Part shown: piece after piece, positions 17,879 through 26,010 of the stretch
Position numbering within the stretch: the stretch's first letter is position 1
Layout of the letters: each line of letters begins with the position of its first letter
Source: Thermodesulfobacteriota bacterium
GTDB lineage: Bacteria > Desulfobacterota > Desulfobacteria > Desulfobacterales > Desulfobacteraceae
NCBI GenBank assembly: GCA_034659375.1
Contig: JAYEHB010000385.1
Span: forward strand, 1 to 41,080
DNA: 41,080 nucleotides
Direction of reading: 5' to 3'
Made by a program: the position numbers and the translations under genes
Notes under the pieces: generated by a model
Seen by the model: only the letters and a program-made list of their open reading frames with translations
What the model was told of the DNA's origin: nothing
Database searches by the model: none

Positions 17879-18494
17879 TTTTAATTTCAGTAAAACCGTT
17901 AAAGGGTTCATGGATGACCATGAGGCAGAAGAACTTTACTTAACTGCCCGTAAGGCTGCAGAACTTGGGCCCTGTCTTGAAATAGGAAGTTATTGCGGCA
18001 AATCAGCCTATTTTATAGGTATGGCATGTAAAGAGAAGAAAAGCATTTTGTTTTCCATTGATCATCACAAAGGATCTGAAGAGCAGCAGCCGGGTGAGGA
18101 GTACTTTGATCCTGATCTTTTTGATAAAGAGCAGAATTGTATAGATACCTTTAAATTCTTTAAGGATACCATTAAAAGGGCATCTCTTTTAGATACAGTG
18201 GTGCCGGTTGTGGCAGACTCTGCAACAGCAGGGAAAATGTGGTCAACCCCGGTTGCATTTGTTTTTATAGATGGAGGTCACACCTTTGAGGCGGCATACA
18301 ATGACTATTCAATGTGGTCAAAACATATCATGCCAGGAGGTTTTCTTGTTATACACGATATCTTCATGGACCCTGACAAGGGGGGGCAGGCACCAAGAAA
18401 AATTTATGAGAAAGCACTTGGGTCTGGAGAGTATGAGAAAGTTGCAATGACAGGCACACTTGGAGTGCTGCGTAAATTGGCCGATGGCAGATAA
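17868..18494 (+). CDS. Class I SAM-dependent methyltransferase (Methyltransf_24 / O-methyltransferase-like)
   Basis: LEIGSYCGKSAYF motif I and FIDGGHTFE. The last codons (LADGR-stop) lie inside a GGCCGATG..CCGGTT repeat module. Confidence 0.7.
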   Translation: MKIDFNFSKTVKGFMDDHEAEELYLTARKAAELGPCLEIGSYCGKSAYFIGMACKEKKSILFSIDHHKGSEEQQPGEEYFDPDLFDKEQNCIDTFKFFKDTIKRASLLDTVVPVVADSATAGKMWSTPVAFVFIDGGHTFEAAYNDYSMWSKHIMPGGFLVIHDIFMDPDKGGQAPRKIYEKALGSGEYEKVAMTGTLGVLRKLADGR

Positions 18495-18620
18495 TCATGC
18501 TCGGGCATTCCGGTTTATATGAAAGTCCGTTCAAACGACTATAATTATTGGACTTTCATCTTTAGGGTATTGTGACCGATGCGAATGGCCATGCCGGTTA
18601 CGTGTGACTTTCAGGGTATA
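18477..18620 (+). repeat. Mosaic repeat between convergent methyltransferase genes. Contains both stop codons.
   Basis: ttggccgatggcagataatcatgctcgggcattccggtt + tatatgaaagtccgttcaaacgact..ggactttcat + tagggtattgtgaccgatgcgaatggccatgccggttacgtgtgactttcagggtat. Matches 25219-25295 and the reverse complement of 9150-9345. Confidence 0.88.
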
Positions 18621-19326
18621 AAAATTTAAAGTAGAGGACAAGGCTCTTTCCCATTAAAGGATTTAAAAGTTTCTCTAAAAATTTTGTTATAAACGGTTTT
18701 TTCATTAGATCCCACACAAGAAATCTGTGATAGAGATTTACTGCAAAGGAATCTGTACGATCAGGACCCACAAGACATTTCAGCCACCAGAAAGGTGAGT
18801 GAAGGCTGTGGGCATAATGGCTTTTGATGAACCTCAATCCCTTTTGTTCAACTTTTGATATAATTTCTGATTTTTCATATATTCTAACGTGACCCTGGTT
18901 TGCATTACAATAGTCATCTGAAAGTAACCAGCATATTTTTTCCGGCCAGAACCTTGGAACAGTTATGGCAAGTGTACCTGTTGGCTTTAAAACCCTTGTA
19001 AGTTCAGACAGTGCTTTCTCTTGCTCATGGATATGCTCCATTACTTCAGAGCAGATTACAACATCAAATCCATCTGTTTTAAAGGCAAGGTTTGTGATAT
19101 CTGCTGTGGCAAGACTCCATTTAGAGCCTCTCCCGGTTATGAATGCTTTGTGGAGTTTTATTTTTTCCCTGGCCGTTAAAAGAGTGTTGTGGTCCATGTC
19201 AGCACCCACACAAAAAACTTTTTCCTGTTCCTGGGCAGAGGCTGTGTGTCTGCCCTCACCACACCCCATATCCAGAATTTGATAACCTGGTTTTATATTT
19301 AAAAAATTAAAGTCTATTGTAATCAT
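18598..19326 (-). CDS. Class I SAM-dependent methyltransferase (Methyltransf_11-like)
   Basis: ILDMGCGEGRH motif I, DVVICSEVMEHI, LKPTGTLAI. The C-terminal LYPESHT-stop is encoded by the repeat sequence GGTTACGTGTGACTTTCAGGGTAT. Confidence 0.72.
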   Translation of the reverse strand: MITIDFNFLNIKPGYQILDMGCGEGRHTASAQEQEKVFCVGADMDHNTLLTAREKIKLHKAFITGRGSKWSLATADITNLAFKTDGFDVVICSEVMEHIHEQEKALSELTRVLKPTGTLAITVPRFWPEKICWLLSDDYCNANQGHVRIYEKSEIISKVEQKGLRFIKSHYAHSLHSPFWWLKCLVGPDRTDSFAVNLYHRFLVWDLMKKPFITKFLEKLLNPLMGKSLVLYFKFLYPESHT

Positions 19327-20551
19327 TGATTACTCTTTTGTATGTCCTGGCTGTTTCAATTGCTGTTCTCTCCCAGGTAAAATGTTTTAGAACTCTTTTG
19401 TATCCAGCGTCTGCCAGCCTTTCACACTCATCAGGATCATCTAAAAGCTCTTTAATGGCTTTTTCAAGGGCGTTGGAATCTGCCGGAGGTACCATCTTTG
19501 CCGCATCTCCTGCAACTTCAGGAAGAGCACCTCCTGTTGTGCAGATTACAGGAATTCTGCATGCCATGGCCTCTCCAACGGGAAGTCCAAAGCCTTCATA
19601 TACTGAAGGGATAACAGCTAGGCTTGCCCTGGCATATTCTTTAATAAATCGTAGATGGTCGATCCTTCCTGTGAATTGAACAATGTTGTCCAGGTAAAGA
19701 GATTTTATCAGTTTTTCAATGTCGCCGTTTTTTTTAGGGGCCCCTATAACTATAAGTTTTATGCTTCTCTTTTCAGATATCTTTTTTACAGCATGGAGCA
19801 GATAGTATAGTCCTTTTAAAGGTGTATCTGCACTGTTGGTTACAATAAGGCGGTTTTTTTCCCTTTTTATGTTATCTAAGGGATGGAACAGATCAGTATC
19901 TATTCCATTGGGTATTGTTGTAAAATTTTTTTCAGGTATTGAAAATTCCTTTGCAATATCTTTTTTTGAATACTCAGAGACTGTGATGATCTTTGAAATT
20001 CTCTCGGCAACATATTTCTGCATGCCAATGAATGAGTACCATCTGAGGTGTTTTACTTTTTTAAAGAATGAACGTGTACTGTTTACAGCAATTCTTCTGT
20101 CCACGGTCATTGGATGATGTATTGTTGCAGTGAGAGGAATTCTTTCCGCAAGGGAGAGTATTCCATATGCAAGACACTGGTTGTCATGGATAATATCATA
20201 CTGGTCTAATCTGTTTGAAAGAAATTTGTTTGCTCTCATGCCAAATGTCAGAGGTTCAGGGTAGCCCATTGTTGAGACTCCAAGCCATTCAATGAGATTG
20301 AAAGGATCCATGAGTTCATGGGGAGTTGGAGTTCGGAAAAGATTTTCCGGGTTGTAGAGATCCAGGGTTTTAAGCATGGTAAGTTTTGCATTGCCGGTGA
20401 GGAGAGGGTCAGGAGGGCCTGATATAACTTCCACGTAGTGTCCCAGATCCGAGAGTGCCTGGCTTAAGTTTCTTACATAGACACCCTGGCCCCCGCAGTG
20501 GGGGTTGCTTCTATAACTGATGATTCCTATTTTTAATCTGAAATTTGTCAT
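19307..20551 (-). CDS. Glycosyltransferase family 4 (GT-B)
   Basis: GGQGVYVRNLSQAL N-terminal motif. C-terminal EGFGLPVGEAMACRIPVICTTGGALPE (E-x7-E region). Start probably ATG 20551 (MTNFRLKIGII) rather than 20590. Confidence 0.8.
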   Translation of the reverse strand: MTNFRLKIGIISYRSNPHCGGQGVYVRNLSQALSDLGHYVEVISGPPDPLLTGNAKLTMLKTLDLYNPENLFRTPTPHELMDPFNLIEWLGVSTMGYPEPLTFGMRANKFLSNRLDQYDIIHDNQCLAYGILSLAERIPLTATIHHPMTVDRRIAVNSTRSFFKKVKHLRWYSFIGMQKYVAERISKIITVSEYSKKDIAKEFSIPEKNFTTIPNGIDTDLFHPLDNIKREKNRLIVTNSADTPLKGLYYLLHAVKKISEKRSIKLIVIGAPKKNGDIEKLIKSLYLDNIVQFTGRIDHLRFIKEYARASLAVIPSVYEGFGLPVGEAMACRIPVICTTGGALPEVAGDAAKMVPPADSNALEKAIKELLDDPDECERLADAGYKRVLKHFTWERTAIETARTYKRVINDYNRL

Positions 20552-20629
20552 ATTTTTTTTGTATGGATATTTTAAGGTTCCATTGGTCAATTAAAATAAA
20601 AGAAGATTTGAAAGTTATCATGTTTGTTT

Positions 20630-20705
20630 TGGTACGCCCGGCTGGAATCGAACCAGCGATCTTCAGCTTCGGAGGCTGACGCCTTATCCACTGGGCTACG
20701 GGCGC
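20630..20705 (-). tRNA. tRNA-Arg (anticodon CCG)
   Basis: Reverse complement GCGCCCGTAGCCCAGTGGATAAGGCGTCAGCCTCCGAAGCTGAAGATCGCTGGTTCGATTCCAGCCGGGCGTACCA. Anticodon stem TCAGC/GCTGA with loop CTCCGAA. T arm GCTGG-TTCGATT-CCAGC. G1-U72 pair and encoded CCA. Confidence 0.85.
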
Positions 20706-20728
20706 ACAAGCTATTAGGAAGAACTTTT

Positions 20729-20972
20729 TGGTTTCTACCCTTTAGTTTCTTAATGCTTATTTTCGTGTTATTTTGGCAAAAGAATTAAAAAATCCGTTTG
20801 CGTTTGACCTTTAGGTTAGGTTCTGGCTTGTCCAGGTTAGGTACTGTGACCGATGCGGAAACTACGCTCCGGCCGTGCCGGTTTATATGAAAGTCCTGGC
20901 AAACCAGGAATGTAACTTTCATCATTTGTTGTGTGCAGACTTAGACCACCAAGGCTGCCCGTGGCAGTTATA
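20729..20972 (+). repeat. Composite: GGTTTCTACCCTTTAG + L-module + GTGACCGATG..CCGGCCGTGCCGG module + ATGAAAGTCCTGGCAAACCAGG..ACTTTCAT hairpin + GTGTGCAGACTTAGACCACC + CTGCCCGTGGCAG palindrome
   Basis: This is the best-preserved full-length array. Each part matches the copies listed elsewhere. The folC stop codon (20968-20970) lies in its last bases. Confidence 0.92.
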
Positions 20973-22275
20973 TTAAATCTTTTATGATTTTTGCTCTGGC
21001 TTCTCCTGCCACATAAAGAGAACCTGCAACACAGATAACATCTGAACCAGATGATCCTTTTACTGCATATTCCACTGCTTCTGCCGCATCTTTAATTATA
21101 ATCGTTTCCTGGTTTGAAAGTTTTTCTACTGCTTGTTTAAGGATTTCAGGCTCAAGGCTTCGATCAATTTTTGCCTTTGTGATTATTATTTTGTTAACAT
21201 GGGGCACCAGGCTTTTAAGCATTGATTCATAGGGTTTATCATCTAAAATTCCAATTACAAGAGTAATCTTTTTTTCTGAAAGTTCCTGGCTGAGGTAGGT
21301 GCCAAGATTCTTTGCAGCCTCAAAATTATGGGCTCCGTCAAGGATAACCATTGGGTTGACCATGATATGCTCAAGTCGTCCAGGCCATGTTGTTGTCTGA
21401 ATGCTTTTTCTGATGCCCTTTTCTGTCAGGTTAAATCCGTGATGATTTTTTTTAAAATCATTTGCAAAAAGAAGTTCCAGGGCGGCCAGGGCCAGGCCTG
21501 CATTCTCTATCTGGTGATTGCCTGGAAGGGATGTTTTTATTTTTGTCCACCTGTTGTTAATGCCATTGTAATTAAAAGATTGTTCTTTGGAGTTTTTTTC
21601 TGTATTAAAATCTTTTTTATATAGATAGAGTGGGGCAGATTTCTTTTTTGCAATTTTTTTAAGAACAGCAAGGGCTTCTTCCTGTTTTACTCCTGTGATC
21701 ACCGGAGTGTTCTTTTTAATGATTCCGCATTTTTCCCCTGCAATCTCTTGAATTGTCTCACCCAGATAATCAGTATGTTCAATGGAGAGATTTGAGATGA
21801 TACAGAGCTCAGGTTTAACTACGTTTGTGGCATCAAGCCGGCCGCCCATACCGGTCTCTAATACTGCCCATTGAACCTTTTCTCTGTTAAAGAGATAAAA
21901 GCCCATGGCAGTGGCAATTTCAAAAAAAGTTGCTTTTCTCTCTCCTGTATCAGCTTTTTGAACTGCCAGGTAAGATTCAACAATATCATCGTTGGATACA
22001 TCTATGCCGTTTATTGAAAATCTTTCATTAAATTTCACCAGATGGGGGGATGTGTAAAGAGCTGTTTTAAATCCTGCTTCCCTTAGTAAGGAGGCTGTGT
22101 ATGATGCTATGGAACCTTTTCCGTTTGTGCCGGCTATATGAATGCTTTTAAATTTTGGTTCAGACAGATTAAGTCTTTTTAGAATATCTTTGATTGTGGA
22201 AAGTTCAAGTTTAATGCCAAAACGTCCAAGAGCGTACATTTCATCAAGGCATTCATTGTATGAGATCTGTTTCAT
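20968..22275 (-). CDS. folC: Bifunctional folylpolyglutamate synthase / dihydrofolate synthase
   Basis: Mur-ligase family: HIAGTNGKGS P-loop, DATNV, ILDGAHN. 435 aa. Confidence 0.9.
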   Translation of the reverse strand: MKQISYNECLDEMYALGRFGIKLELSTIKDILKRLNLSEPKFKSIHIAGTNGKGSIASYTASLLREAGFKTALYTSPHLVKFNERFSINGIDVSNDDIVESYLAVQKADTGERKATFFEIATAMGFYLFNREKVQWAVLETGMGGRLDATNVVKPELCIISNLSIEHTDYLGETIQEIAGEKCGIIKKNTPVITGVKQEEALAVLKKIAKKKSAPLYLYKKDFNTEKNSKEQSFNYNGINNRWTKIKTSLPGNHQIENAGLALAALELLFANDFKKNHHGFNLTEKGIRKSIQTTTWPGRLEHIMVNPMVILDGAHNFEAAKNLGTYLSQELSEKKITLVIGILDDKPYESMLKSLVPHVNKIIITKAKIDRSLEPEILKQAVEKLSNQETIIIKDAAEAVEYAVKGSSGSDVICVAGSLYVAGEARAKIIKDLI

Positions 22276-22371
22276 TTAAAAGGTTCCATTTAGCGGTTGA
22301 ACGACTCCTAGGAAGTTATGCTCACAAACTACCCTGGGCAGGGCAGATATGCAAAAAAATAAACAGTTTTT

Positions 22372-22475
22372 GGTATCCTTCATAAGTACTTTACACTTTC
22401 TGGAGCTACTCCTTATTTAATAAGAGTTTTCCCCAAAAGAGTGTAAAGTACTTTTGAGGTGATATGAAGGATGCC
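22372..22475. repeat. Long imperfect palindrome (MITE-like or structured RNA) in the folC-rpsU spacer
   Basis: Inner arms aagtactttacac (22384-22396) / gtgtaaagtactt (22441-22453) are perfect over 13 bp. Outer arms ggtatccttcat (22372-22383) / atgaaggatgcc (22464-22475) match 11/12, with a 10-nt bulge in the right arm. Confidence 0.6.
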
Positions 22476-22670
22476 CAGTTTTTTAAGGTTTGTTTGGTAT
22501 CTTGGTCCAGCCAGGTTTTACCCTCAGCAAGTATCCGTGCTGTTCTATCCCAGGCAGTGAGGTTTTTGTCTGCCGCATTTAAGAATTAAGAACCCGACAG
22601 ATATTGATCAAAAGAGTAATATCCATCGGGTTCTTTTTAAACCAGAAGAGCTGTTTGCAATACTTGCTGT

Positions 22671-22892
22671 TTAGTTTTTGCGAGAACTTGCAATTCTTTG
22701 TCTTCTCATTGCTTCTCTCATTTTACGCCGTCTGAACTGACTTGGCTTTTCAAAATGCTTTTTAAGCTTTAGACGTTTGAAAAGTCCATCGTTCTGAATT
22801 TTTTTCTTCAGAATTTTCATAGCTCTTTCAACGTCATTGTCAATGACTTTGACTGTTATTTCCTTCAAATAGATCGCCCCTTTTTTACCCAT
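22671..22892 (-). CDS. rpsU: 30S ribosomal protein S21
   Basis: VERAMKILKKKIQNDGLFKRLKLKKHFEKPSQFRRRKMREAMRR is S21-like. TTG at 22868 (MKEITVKV) is a possible alternative start. Confidence 0.85.
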   Translation of the reverse strand: MGKKGAIYLKEITVKVIDNDVERAMKILKKKIQNDGLFKRLKLKKHFEKPSQFRRRKMREAMRRQRIASSRKN

Positions 22893-22924
22893 CTAAGATG
22901 GTTTATTTTTGTATAATCTCATGG

Positions 22925-22953
22925 TGTATATCAGAATCAATATTTTTGATCAA
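22925..22953 (-). promoter_or_regulatory. Candidate sigma70-type promoter for rpsU
   Basis: On the minus strand: TTGATC (22953-22948), 17-nt spacer, TATACA (22930-22925), about 33 nt upstream of ATG 22892. Pattern match only. Confidence 0.35.
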
Positions 22954-23045
22954 GACAAAAATAGAGATTCAGCCTCTTTTTTGTAAATACTCGGTTTATA
23001 GTAAGGGCCATGGAAATTTTAAAATCCACCAATAGGGTGCAGTGT

Positions 23046-23206
23046 TTTAGTTTTGTAATTCTTATTTTCGTGTTATTTTGGCAAAAGAATTAAAAAAATC
23101 CGTTTGTGTGTGATCTTCAGGTTAGGTTCTGGCTTGTCCAGGTTTAAAATATTCGGCTTATGCTGTAAAGTGGCCGAAAGCAGATGATCATGCTTTCGGC
23201 CATGCC
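23046..23206 (+). repeat. L-module + AATATTCGGCTTATGCTGTAAAG module + perfect hairpin variant of the GGCCGA..CGGCC module
   Basis: 23046-23144 aligns with the other L copies. 23147-23170 matches 27268-27288 and the reverse complement of 25191-25213. GGCCGAAAGC (23172-23181) pairs with GCTTTCGGCC (23192-23201). Confidence 0.88.
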
Positions 23207-23246
23207 TGTTGTGTGTGGTTCAGTCTAATATCGGTAATAGCTGAGG

Positions 23247-23921
23247 TTACAGTTTTGAGATCAGCTCTTCAGTGACTGATTTAAGATCTTTTTCACCGGC
23301 AAGTGTGAGATACTTCATTGAATCATCCTCTTTGGCAAGATCACGGAAATAGTAGGATGCAGCAAGGGTCCCGTCTTCTGCGTTGTAATAGATGGAGTGA
23401 CGTTTGTCTATGGCTGCTTCATCCTGATCATCTGCACGCTCGGTTAAAGCACCGCCGCATATTCTGCATTTATCTCCATCAGGTTTGATGGCATCAATGA
23501 ATTTGTTGTTGGGGTGGTTGTTGTTATTTTCACAAAGCCTGCGTCCCATGATTCTATCTTTGGCAATCTTGCGGTCAAGAAGTATTTCAATTACATAGTC
23601 CAGTTTAAGACCTTCTTCCTTAAGGGATGCATCTAATTTTTCAGCCTGTACCTTGTTTCTTGGAAAACCGTCAAGAAGCCATCCGTTTTTGCAGTCATCC
23701 TGCTTAAGTCTGTCAAGAACCATGGGAATGGTGATCTCGTCAGGTACAAGATCACCTTTGTCTATGTAAGCTTTGGCTTTTTTGCCAAGTTCTGTTCCGC
23801 CTTTGATGTTGTCACGAAATATTGCACCTGATTCAATATGGGCAACACTGTATTTGTCTTTTAGAATGGTACCCTGGGTTCCTTTACCGCTTCCGTTTGG
23901 TCCAAAAAAAAGAATGTTCAT
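23247..23921 (-). CDS. adk: Adenylate kinase (long form with Cys-containing lid)
   Basis: FFGPNGSGKGTQG P-loop and GFPRN. The lid has ..C..(x)..CRICGG. 224 aa. Confidence 0.92.
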   Translation of the reverse strand: MNILFFGPNGSGKGTQGTILKDKYSVAHIESGAIFRDNIKGGTELGKKAKAYIDKGDLVPDEITIPMVLDRLKQDDCKNGWLLDGFPRNKVQAEKLDASLKEEGLKLDYVIEILLDRKIAKDRIMGRRLCENNNNHPNNKFIDAIKPDGDKCRICGGALTERADDQDEAAIDKRHSIYYNAEDGTLAASYYFRDLAKEDDSMKYLTLAGEKDLKSVTEELISKL

Positions 23922-24126
23922 TTTTAACTCCTTTGTTTAAATTAATGATATGTTATAGATTTAATAAAGAGGTGTTTCCTCTTTTGCAGTTTTAAACCTG
24001 GCTTAAATTGGGTTTCAGGGCTTTTTCTCTGTTTACCTCTTAAATTGTCTGCTGCTTCATTAAAATGGTTGTGCAGATCTCTTATACCTGGTAAGACCCC
24101 TGAGTCCAACATAAGTCTTAAGTTTT

Positions 24127-24227
24127 ATTTAGTTTCTTAATTCTTAATTTTCGTGTTTTCTGGCAAAAAAATTAAGAGACCCGTTTGCGTGTGACCTTTA
24201 GGTTAGATTCTGGCTTGTCCAGGTTAG
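24127..24227 (+). repeat. L-module copy
   Basis: tttagtttcttaattcttaattttcgtgttttctggcaaaaaaattaagagacccgtttgcgtgtgacctttaggttagattctggcttgtccaggttagg. Confidence 0.9.
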
Positions 24228-24283
24228 GTTTTATAAAAGTGGTTGAAGAATGTCAAGTCTTGGTGTATTGAAAGGTTAAAATT

Positions 24284-24901
24284 ATGGGAAAAAAAATATA
24301 TAAAATAGGCGTGACCGGTTCAGCTGGTTCCGGTAAAAGCCTTGTGTGCAGGCGTTTTGCAAAGCTTGGCCTTGTTGTGGTAAGTTGTGATGAAATTGCA
24401 AGGCAGGTTGTAGAACCAGGGATGTCTGCCTATGAAGAGCTTGTCTTTTTTTTTGGCCAAAGGGTTGTTCTGAAAGGTGGTGGTCTTGACAGGATGGGGC
24501 TGCGCAAAATTATTTCCAGAGACCCGGAGCTTAAAAAAAGTCTTGAGAATATTGTTCAACCTGCAATCCTCAGGGAACTTTTTTGTCAGATTAACATGGC
24601 CGAAGAGAAAGGGGCCGGGGTTGTTGCTGCTGAAGTTCCACTTCTTTTTGAGCTTGGCCTTGAAAAGATGTTTGATCTTTTGATTACCGTGGCTTCTGAA
24701 AAAAAGAAAATGGTAAAGAGGATAGTAAAAAGGGATCTTGTCTCAGAAAAAGATGCAGAAAGGCTGATTAATATGCAGATGTCCCAGAAAGAAAAAATTG
24801 CCGGATCTGACATTGTTGTTTGGAACAGTGGCAGCGTGGATGAGTTCCTTTTAAGTGTTGACAAGCTTTTATTAAAAATAAATAAAAGAAAATCAGGGTG
24901 A
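24284..24901 (+). CDS. coaE: Dephospho-CoA kinase
   Basis: KIGVTGSAGSGKSLV P-loop, followed by ..DEIARQVVEPG.., typical of CoaE. Confidence 0.85.
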   Translation: MGKKIYKIGVTGSAGSGKSLVCRRFAKLGLVVVSCDEIARQVVEPGMSAYEELVFFFGQRVVLKGGGLDRMGLRKIISRDPELKKSLENIVQPAILRELFCQINMAEEKGAGVVAAEVPLLFELGLEKMFDLLITVASEKKKMVKRIVKRDLVSEKDAERLINMQMSQKEKIAGSDIVVWNSGSVDEFLLSVDKLLLKINKRKSG

Positions 24902-25190
24902 TGGAAATTGTTGCTTGACATGAAGTTGAAAATGGTTTAAAGATATAATTTTAAATTGCTAACATACTACTATATGGTGTGTTAGTATATCTTTTTAATA
25001 TGGAATTCTGAACAATAGGCTGTATTTATCAACAGGCTGTATTTATAAGTGTCCTGTTGGTTGTTTTGTAAGTATGCGGCCAGCATTCCCGTCTTTGCCT
25101 GTTTTAGCCTGCTCACATAACCTGAAGGAAAAAAATAGCATTAGTATGTTAGGCAGTCCCAAATAGGCGAATATAGGTACTGTCCCTAAT

Positions 25191-25466
25191 CTTTACATTA
25201 TAAGCCGAATATTTATCTTGGTTTCTGCCCTTCAGGGTATTGTGGCCGATGCAGTAATTATGCTCCGGTCATGCTGGTTACGTGTGACCTTTAGTGCCTT
25301 ATTCCTCAGTTTCTGTTAAAAAAACAAGAAAATGAGGAACGGCAACTGGGTTGCGGGTTTTCCGCGTTAGTTTCTTAATTCTTATTTTCGTGTTATTTTG
25401 GCAAAAGAATTAAAAAATCCGTTTGCGTGTGACATTTAGGTTAGGTTCTGGTTTGTCCAGGTTAGG
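25191..25466 (+). repeat. Composite repeat cluster: reverse-complement TATTCGGCTTATAATGTAAAG + GGTTTCTGCCCTTCAGGGTAT + GTGGCCGATG..module + GGTTACGTGTGACCTTTAG + 13-bp hairpin + L-module
   Basis: Module-by-module matches to 18555-18620, the reverse complement of 9150-9220, and 20729-20841. Hairpin ttcctcagtttct..agaaaatgaggaa at 25302-25339. Confidence 0.88.
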
Positions 25467-25515
25467 TTGTAAAGTTAGGTTACAAAAAAATAAGCTGTCC
25501 AAGAAAACATCATGT

Positions 25516-25560
25516 CATCAGAAAAACAGATCAATCATGCCATCAGAAAAACAGATCAAT
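25516..25560 (+). repeat. Two perfect 20-nt direct repeats (CATCAGAAAAACAGATCAAT) separated by 5 nt
   Basis: 25516-25535 and 25541-25560 are identical. They are followed by the perfect palindrome GGGGTCAG-GT-CTGACCCC at 25583-25600. Confidence 0.9.
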
Positions 25561-25637
25561 TGAATAATTCCAGGGGGCCAACGGGGTCAGGTCTGACCCC
25601 TCCAGGTACGACTATAATCATTGGATTTTCATTTTTT

Positions 25638-25920
25638 GGTTTCTGCCCTTTTTTTAGGGTATTGTGGCCGATGAGAATGACCATGCACCGGCCAGTTTCT
25701 GCCCTTTAGGGTATGCCGGTTTATATGAAAGTCCTGGCAAACCAGGAGTAGGGGCAACCCCCTGTGGTTGCCCTTCATCATTACGTTGTGTGCAGACTTA
25801 GACCACCAGGGTTGCCCATAGCAGTTTATATGAAAGTCCTGGCAACCCAGGAGTGTAACTTTCATCATTTGTTGTGTGCAGACTTAGACCACCAAGGCTG
25901 CCCATGGCAGTTATATGAAA
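25638..25920 (+). repeat. Composite repeat cluster ending in two tandem copies of the ATGAAAGTCC-hairpin / GTGTGCAGACTTAGACCACC / palindrome unit
   Basis: 25722-25826 (with a GGGGCAACC..GGTTGCCC insert) and 25827-25917 (near-identical to 20884-20968). Preceded by the ggtttctgccc..tagggtattgtggccgatgagaatgaccatgcaccggcc modules. Confidence 0.92.
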
Positions 25921-26010
25921 TAAAGGCATAGGCTATGCAAGACAAAGGTTGCAGGCAGGACAAATGTGTGTGCAGAAAAATAATGAATAATTTTTACGGG
26001 GTGTGTTTCC

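Noticed and set aside
17868-19326. Both methyltransferases begin with a similar peptide (MKIDFNF.. and MITIDFNF..)
   Set aside because: The similarity spans only five residues, and the two proteins otherwise belong to different methyltransferase subfamilies. It is most likely a coincidence.
20886-20975. Stop-free reading of the repeat module from the ATG of TATATGAAAG ([29 protein letters not shown])
   Set aside because: The near-identical copy at 25724 has a stop after 8 codons (..cag gag tag). Other copies occur in the reverse orientation inside spacers, so there is no consistent coding signal.
24915-24949. TTGACA ... TATAAT pair just after coaE, as a promoter
   Set aside because: The hexamers are separated by 23 nt, and the alternative TTGAAA gives 12 nt. 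Neither spacing is compatible with a sigma70 promoter.
25512-25868. ORFs 25512..25709 (+) and 25629..25868 (-)
   Set aside because: Both run through the interspersed-repeat modules and have no RBS. Their peptide sequence merely mirrors repeat DNA seen elsewhere in non-coding contexts.
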